From: Candidatus Babelota bacterium
GTDB taxonomy: Bacteria > Babelota > Babeliae > Babelales > Vermiphilaceae
Direction: 5' to 3'
DNA length: 32,000 bases
Assembly: GCA_039809905.1 (NCBI GenBank)
Contig: JBDHVY010000001.1
Coordinates: 480,001-512,000, forward strand
This document shows positions 27,631 to 32,000 of the stretch, piece after piece; position 1 is the first letter of the stretch, and the number at the start of each line of letters is the position of its first letter. A program made the translations under genes and the position numbers. The notes beneath the pieces were generated by a model. It was not told the DNA's origin. It did no database searches and saw only the letters and a list, made by a program, of their open reading frames with translations.

Positions 27631-28395
27631 ATGAAACTAAAGTTGAAACCTAACAAATGTCTATTGCATATATGCTTATTTGTTGTATTAGGCTTAGGCC
27701 TTGTGGGCTGTCTTTCAAAAAATTTTGAATCAAATATAGCAATACCTTCTAAGACTAATTCTGAAAAAGAAAAAGATTGGGAGAAAATGGCAAACAAAGT
27801 TGATTATATAACCGATGCACTGGGTCTAAAAATAGACTCTAACATTAAAAAGACTGTAATTGTTTTGAATCTTCTTGGCTTTACAACAAGTGCATCGTGC
27901 GAAGGGCACCTTGATCACGGTTTAGCTTATCCCTGGGTTGATTTTGACACTGAAAACCAAGAAGTAATGGAATTAAACTCAAAACTCAGCTCGATTTTCC
28001 AACGTCTAGCAGAAGAAGAATCTGTAATTCAAAAAAAACATCCTGACTTATCCTTAGGTGAAGGAAACTCGCAAGATTTAACCACCTTATACCAAGAAAT
28101 GCATCGTTTAAATGACCTAATAGCAAAAACAGCTCTATCACAGCTTGTACCTTTAAATCGCTTAATTGATACTTTTTATAAGAATCGACCAGCTACCCCA
28201 GACCGAATGATTATTATTCATACGCTAAACACTACTTTTCAGAGAATGTATAGTGCGGGAGGAGATTGGCAAATCACTAGAAGTGAGCAAGAAATAAAAG
28301 ATAAACTCAAAGAATATCAACAAGAAATGATGGAATTAACAAACTTCTTGACGGATTATTATTTTAATACTAGTAGTACGCCTCCCCTAAAGTGA
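27631..28395 (+). CDS. Lipoprotein of unknown function with ASCEGHLDHGLAYPWVDF motif
   Basis: Internal Met start gives MKLKLKPNKCLLHICLFVVLGLGLVGCLSKN, with lipobox LVGC. Confidence 0.65.
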   Translation: MKLKLKPNKCLLHICLFVVLGLGLVGCLSKNFESNIAIPSKTNSEKEKDWEKMANKVDYITDALGLKIDSNIKKTVIVLNLLGFTTSASCEGHLDHGLAYPWVDFDTENQEVMELNSKLSSIFQRLAEEESVIQKKHPDLSLGEGNSQDLTTLYQEMHRLNDLIAKTALSQLVPLNRLIDTFYKNRPATPDRMIIIHTLNTTFQRMYSAGGDWQITRSEQEIKDKLKEYQQEMMELTNFLTDYYFNTSSTPPLK

Positions 28396-28565
28396 ATTCC
28401 TCTGTCAAGACCAATTTTACTAAAAAATAAGATCCAAAAAAGATCGACCATGGAAATTGGTCATGTGTTCGGTATTTAAAAGCATGGATTGTGCTAAAGA
28501 ATTTGAGCTATATTTAAAATCACAATCCGGACGTGCATTCGCAAAAAAAAGATTTTGGTGATTTC

Positions 28566-28592
28566 AAAAGAACAGTCTTAAACTGTTCTTTT
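28566..28592 (+). terminator. Terminator-like hairpin
   Basis: aaaagaacagt / actgttctttt perfect 11-bp stem, 5-nt loop. Confidence 0.6.
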
Positions 28593-28624
28593 GCATTTGC
28601 TTAGGGCCTGTGAACAAAATCAAA

Positions 28625-28656
28625 AATATCCCCCTTGTAAACTCGGGGGATATTTG
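28625..28656. terminator. Second terminator-like hairpin
   Basis: aaatatccccc / gggggatattt perfect 11-bp stem with a 10-nt loop. Confidence 0.6.
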
Positions 28657-28740
28657 TTTAATAATAGCTATTTTTTATTTAATAGATTCCACCATTTGTA
28701 AATGAAGAGACCAGTAAATAGCCGTCGAATATATCTGAAA

Positions 28741-28962
28741 TCACTTTTTATGCAGATCCTTTTTAATGCTTTCAAAACCCATCCATGGGTTATAGAATGC
28801 TGATTGTTTAAACCGTTCTATATATAATGGCGTTAGAAAAATATACCACAAAGACATTACGGTAAACCTAATTATATGATCCCAGGTAATAACTACTGGT
28901 GTATAATCAGACGCTATATATTGAATAACCTGGCGTGAGGCCAAGCATATTAATATCATCAT
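28741..28962 (-). CDS. Small membrane protein of unknown function
   Basis: ORF with a hydrophobic segment; adjacent to another small membrane ORF on the same strand. Confidence 0.35.
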   Translation of the reverse strand: MMILICLASRQVIQYIASDYTPVVITWDHIIRFTVMSLWYIFLTPLYIERFKQSAFYNPWMGFESIKKDLHKK

Positions 28963-28977
28963 TTCTATTTCGTTTTT

Positions 28978-29181
28978 TTATAACAAATCACATTGTTTTT
29001 GCCATAACCAAAAAGTTAGAAGGAACATAGGCATTATAAAGTTTCCAATAATTGTTCCAGGTAATATATAGACTGGATTCATTAATCCCAAGAAACCCAT
29101 AATACCATGAATAATAATTACCACTAAAAATATTGGCGTACACGTTCTTATATATAATTTTAGATAATCTATATAGCACAT
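28978..29181 (-). CDS. Small membrane protein of unknown function
   Basis: YIDYLKLYIRTCTPIFLVVIIIHGIMGFLGLMNPVYILPGTIIGNFIMPMFLLTFWLW contains two hydrophobic segments. Confidence 0.4.
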   Translation of the reverse strand: MCYIDYLKLYIRTCTPIFLVVIIIHGIMGFLGLMNPVYILPGTIIGNFIMPMFLLTFWLWQKQCDLL

Positions 29182-29324
29182 ATTCTTTTATACTTTATGG
29201 TGTTTGTAACATATATTGGAAAAAATGATTTGTATTGTACTTCGCAAAAAAATTCTTGCACGTCCGCAGGGCTTTTTTTTATATTCTTCTCATTCATTAA
29301 TGTATAAAAAAAAGGAAAATAATC

Positions 29325-30035
29325 ATGAAAGTATTATTTATTATTACAGGCTCCGATAAGCAAGCATGGTTATCAGAAATTACCCACCCGTTCTGGCACC
29401 TTATGGAGCGTGGAATTGAGGTTGATTTTACCACCCTTGAGGGGGGAAATATTTATGTTAATCCATGGAGTGATCCTTATGCTAAGGAATCTGTAGAGCC
29501 TAATGATTTAGTTTCCAAAGGCTTTTTTTCGGATAAAACTCTCGTTCAGAAACTCATGAATACACTAAAACTTAAAGACATGGATTTGGATGACTATGAC
29601 GGAATTCATATAGCAGGTGGTTTGGGTGCGGCCTTTGATCTTTATCCAAATGAGCAAGTCGGGAAAACGCTTGAACATTTTTGGGAGAATGACAAGGTGA
29701 TTGGCGCCATATGCCACGGCTCTATTGCTCTTGCAAACAATCCTGATCGAATTCGAGGTCGCAGAGTAACCGGCTACACAAGAGAAGAAGACGCAATGAT
29801 GGAGAAACGACTCACCAAACCTATCGTAATATCCAATTACCCTCAGACAGTTCTCGAAGAAGCCGGTGCCATCTTTATAGGCGCAAAGGCTAATACCGAC
29901 AACGTTATCCTCGACAAAAAGCTGCTAACTGGTCAGAATCCATCTTCTGCCTCGGATTATGGCATTGCTTTATTACACCTAATGACCGGACGAACTCCCG
30001 TTGTAACGTTTAATGGATCAACTGAAAAAACATAA
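29325..30035 (+). CDS. DJ-1/PfpI (type 1 glutamine amidotransferase-like) family protein
   Basis: MKVLFIITGS...EITHPFWHLMERGIEVDFTTLEGG...DYDGIHIAGGLGAAFDLYPN...VIGAICHGSIALAN (nucleophile Cys elbow), LLTGQNPSSASDYG. Confidence 0.9.
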   Translation: MKVLFIITGSDKQAWLSEITHPFWHLMERGIEVDFTTLEGGNIYVNPWSDPYAKESVEPNDLVSKGFFSDKTLVQKLMNTLKLKDMDLDDYDGIHIAGGLGAAFDLYPNEQVGKTLEHFWENDKVIGAICHGSIALANNPDRIRGRRVTGYTREEDAMMEKRLTKPIVISNYPQTVLEEAGAIFIGAKANTDNVILDKKLLTGQNPSSASDYGIALLHLMTGRTPVVTFNGSTEKT

Positions 30036-30316
30036 TTATTTGCACTGTTCGTTCAAATTATTGACCAAATTATTACGCTCCTGTGGAGCTACGTATGGCA
30101 GGCCAGCTTTTTTTAAAGATTTAACAATAAAATTTTAAAATCTCTTCTTTTTTCTATCGCGATTTATTGCCTCAAAAACACCTTACCAGATTGGTTTTTC
30201 GCTCTTTCACCTATATTGACATAACAAAGTTTTACCTATAAGATTTAAGAGAAAATGCTTTATTTATAAGCATTAAGATAGTGTTTTACAAATCAATTTA
30301 TTATCGAAGGATTCAT

Positions 30317-30706
30317 ATGAACTCACGCAATATGTTGCTCGCTGGACTTTTATTCGTAGCTCCTTTTTCAATGATGCTAGCAGAAGATACTAATCCATCT
30401 ACAACTACTACATCTACAGATAATAAACCTGGCATGCTATCAAAAATCGGTAATCTTATGATCGCTCCTTTTGCATTTGCATTTGCTACTGCACCTGATT
30501 ATGTTGCTAAAAATACTCTTGGCAAAATTGCAGCAATTGAATACCTTAAAGGCGGTAAAGTCGCATCTGTTATTGGTAATCAATATGTAGGTCGTGCAAC
30601 TGTTCTAGCTGCAACAGCATACACACTATACAAATTGAACAAAATGTATAACAACTCCCAAGATGATGTTGATGCTAACAACGAAGATTTTTTCGAAAGT
30701 AACTAA
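30317..30706 (+). CDS. Small secreted protein of unknown function
   Basis: Internal Met start MNSRNMLLAGLLFVAPFSMMLAEDTN gives a clear signal peptide; RBS-like aagga upstream. Confidence 0.6.
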   Translation: MNSRNMLLAGLLFVAPFSMMLAEDTNPSTTTTSTDNKPGMLSKIGNLMIAPFAFAFATAPDYVAKNTLGKIAAIEYLKGGKVASVIGNQYVGRATVLAATAYTLYKLNKMYNNSQDDVDANNEDFFESN

Positions 30707-30730
30707 TACTTTTGTATTAAAAAATTAAAA

Positions 30731-30751
30731 GGAGCTTTTTTTAAGCTCCTC
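30731..30751. terminator. Bidirectional terminator between convergent genes
   Basis: aggagctt / aagctcct stem flanked by A-run and T-run. Confidence 0.65.
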
Positions 30752-30765
30752 TTTTTTGATCCGTT

Positions 30766-31440
30766 TTATATGTTTCTATTTTTTTCTTCTAATTCTTTCT
30801 CTACCAATTCCGCTGTTTTTGATACCTTTTTAATCCATCTTAATAAAATATCTTGTTTTTCTTCATGCGATAATTGCCAGTTATATTCTGATTTGTGTAA
30901 TCGATTAATAACATCATATAAGCATAAAGCAACACTTACCGACACATTAAAACTTTCTACAAAACCAAACATTGGTATTTTTACAAACATATCTGCTTGC
31001 GCAAGAGCTTCTTGAGATAATCCCGTTTGTTCACTGCCAAAAAGAAGTGCCGTTTTTTGGTCAAGAGGCAAATCAGGCAATGAATATGATTGTAAATGCG
31101 GCGTTGTTGCAACAATGCGATAGCCTTCCTTTTTTAAGGCAGCAATAGAATCGGTAATTGAGGAATGTGATCTCACATCAACCCATTTTGATGCTCCCAT
31201 AGAAATGGTATCAACTGCTTTAAATTGATATTGCGCTTGCACTACGTTTACATCTTGTACCCCAAAAATATCACACGTACGTAATGCTGCACTGGCATTA
31301 TGTGATTGAAAAAGATCTTCAAGGACTACGGTTATATATCGTGTACGGTTTTGTAGCACTTCGTGCATTTTTTGAGTCTTATTTTCAGTAATGTACTGCA
31401 AGAGGTGATTTATTAATGGTGATTTATCAGAAATATCCAT
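30766..31440 (-). CDS. trmH: TrmH/SpoU-family (SPOUT) RNA 2'-O-methyltransferase, probably tRNA Gm18 methyltransferase
   Basis: VLEDLFQSHNASAALRTCDIFGVQDV (motif 1 with N..A..R), TALLFGSEQTGLSQEAL (motif 2), KIPMFGFVESFNVSVSVALCLYDV (motif 3). Confidence 0.88.
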   Translation of the reverse strand: MDISDKSPLINHLLQYITENKTQKMHEVLQNRTRYITVVLEDLFQSHNASAALRTCDIFGVQDVNVVQAQYQFKAVDTISMGASKWVDVRSHSSITDSIAALKKEGYRIVATTPHLQSYSLPDLPLDQKTALLFGSEQTGLSQEALAQADMFVKIPMFGFVESFNVSVSVALCLYDVINRLHKSEYNWQLSHEEKQDILLRWIKKVSKTAELVEKELEEKNRNI

Positions 31441-31538
31441 TGCTTTTTTGCCTGTATTTTAAAAGAATTATTATTTTTTAGTATACAATTGTTTGAAATG
31501 AAGGGATATAGGGAATAAGGGGAAAGATTAAGATTAAT

Positions 31539-31616
31539 GCCCAATCTTATTGGGCTCCCGCACAAAAATTGAATTTTTGTGGAATTTACGTAGGGGTTCC
31601 TTGTCCGAACCCCTAC
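31539..31616. repeat. Cluster of three perfect short hairpins
   Basis: gcccaat-ctt-attgggc (31539-31555), cacaaaaatt-g-aatttttgtg (31561-31581), gtaggggttc-cttgtcc-gaacccctac (31590-31616). Confidence 0.75.
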
Positions 31617-31659
31617 AACCCCAGACACAACCATCCTGGTTGAACTCTTTCGGCATGAA

Positions 31660-31707
31660 CTCGGGCTCTCATCTGCTGCGAGGACTACGCAGCTTCAAAC
31701 CCTCATC
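31660..31707 (-). repeat. Intergenic repeat unit, copy A (inverted relative to copy B)
   Basis: Reverse complement gatgagggtttgaagctgcgtagtcctcgcagcagatgagagcccgag is closely similar to the sequence at 31951-32000. Confidence 0.7.
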
Positions 31708-31950
31708 GGGCTGCGCCCTCTTGGCAGCATAGCCTCATGGGACTTTTCACCAATAAAATTCAAGCTTTGCTTGATTCTAGATGTTTTGAAGGAGAGTAGG
31801 ATGAAGCTCGCCTTACCGGCGATAGAGATAAAACTAATTGTAGGGTTGTTTTACTGAGCGTGTGCCCGCGAAAGTAGGGTCGTAATTGAGTAGAATTATA
31901 AGAGGACAAAGTTGGATAAAATAAAGACTTTATACCACTGAAAAATACTG

Positions 31951-32000
31951 TATGAAGGGTTTGAGACTGCGTAGCTTTGCGCAGCAGGTGAAAGCCCAAG
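31951..32000 (+). repeat. Intergenic repeat unit, copy B, running to the window edge
   Basis: tatgaagggtttgagactgcgtagctttgcgcagcaggtgaaagcccaag; see copy A. Confidence 0.7.

Noticed and set aside
31413-31999. ORFs 31413..31634, 31550..31732 and 31760..31999
   Set aside because: They are translations of the hairpin/repeat region with no start context or recognisable protein features; the sequence is better explained as intergenic repeats.
1-32000. CRISPR array, restriction-modification, toxin-antitoxin or retron-like system
   Set aside because: No regularly spaced direct repeats, no reverse transcriptase, nuclease or methyltransferase motifs of those systems were seen; the only methyltransferase is an RNA SPOUT enzyme.
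27103-32000. Downstream attR-like copy of the tRNA-Arg 3' end
   Set aside because: No second copy of ggttcgaatcctaccgggcat was found by eye in the rest of the window; the hairpin gtaggggttc...gaacccctac at 31590 resembles it only superficially.

Overview
This AT-rich window looks like chromosomal DNA from a Gram-negative, probably host-associated bacterium. The gene content resembles Candidatus Dependentiae (TM6)/Babela-like genomes; that placement is inference, as no database was searched. Confident features: uvrB, an M3-family zinc peptidase, a PafA-like alkaline phosphatase/phosphodiesterase, a 1207-aa MscS-type channel, a recD2-like helicase, an incomplete F-ATPase cluster (c, b, b', delta, alpha), tRNA-Arg(UCU), a DJ-1/PfpI protein and a TrmH/SpoU rRNA/tRNA methyltransferase. 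Many other ORFs encode signal-peptide-bearing or outer-membrane proteins of unknown function. No CRISPR array and no obvious defence island is visible. The best leads are: (1) a c subunit carrying the complete Na+-binding signature, in a cluster that lacks a, gamma, beta and epsilon; (2) an Amidase_3-like protein that has lost both zinc-binding histidines and overlaps a gene for a GerMN-like membrane protein; (3) an in-frame internally deleted serine recombinase abutting the 3' end of tRNA-Arg, followed by possible cargo genes; (4) tandem secreted paralogues with a conserved four-cysteine pattern; (5) a hairpin-rich intergenic element with inverted imperfect ~48-bp copies at the right edge.
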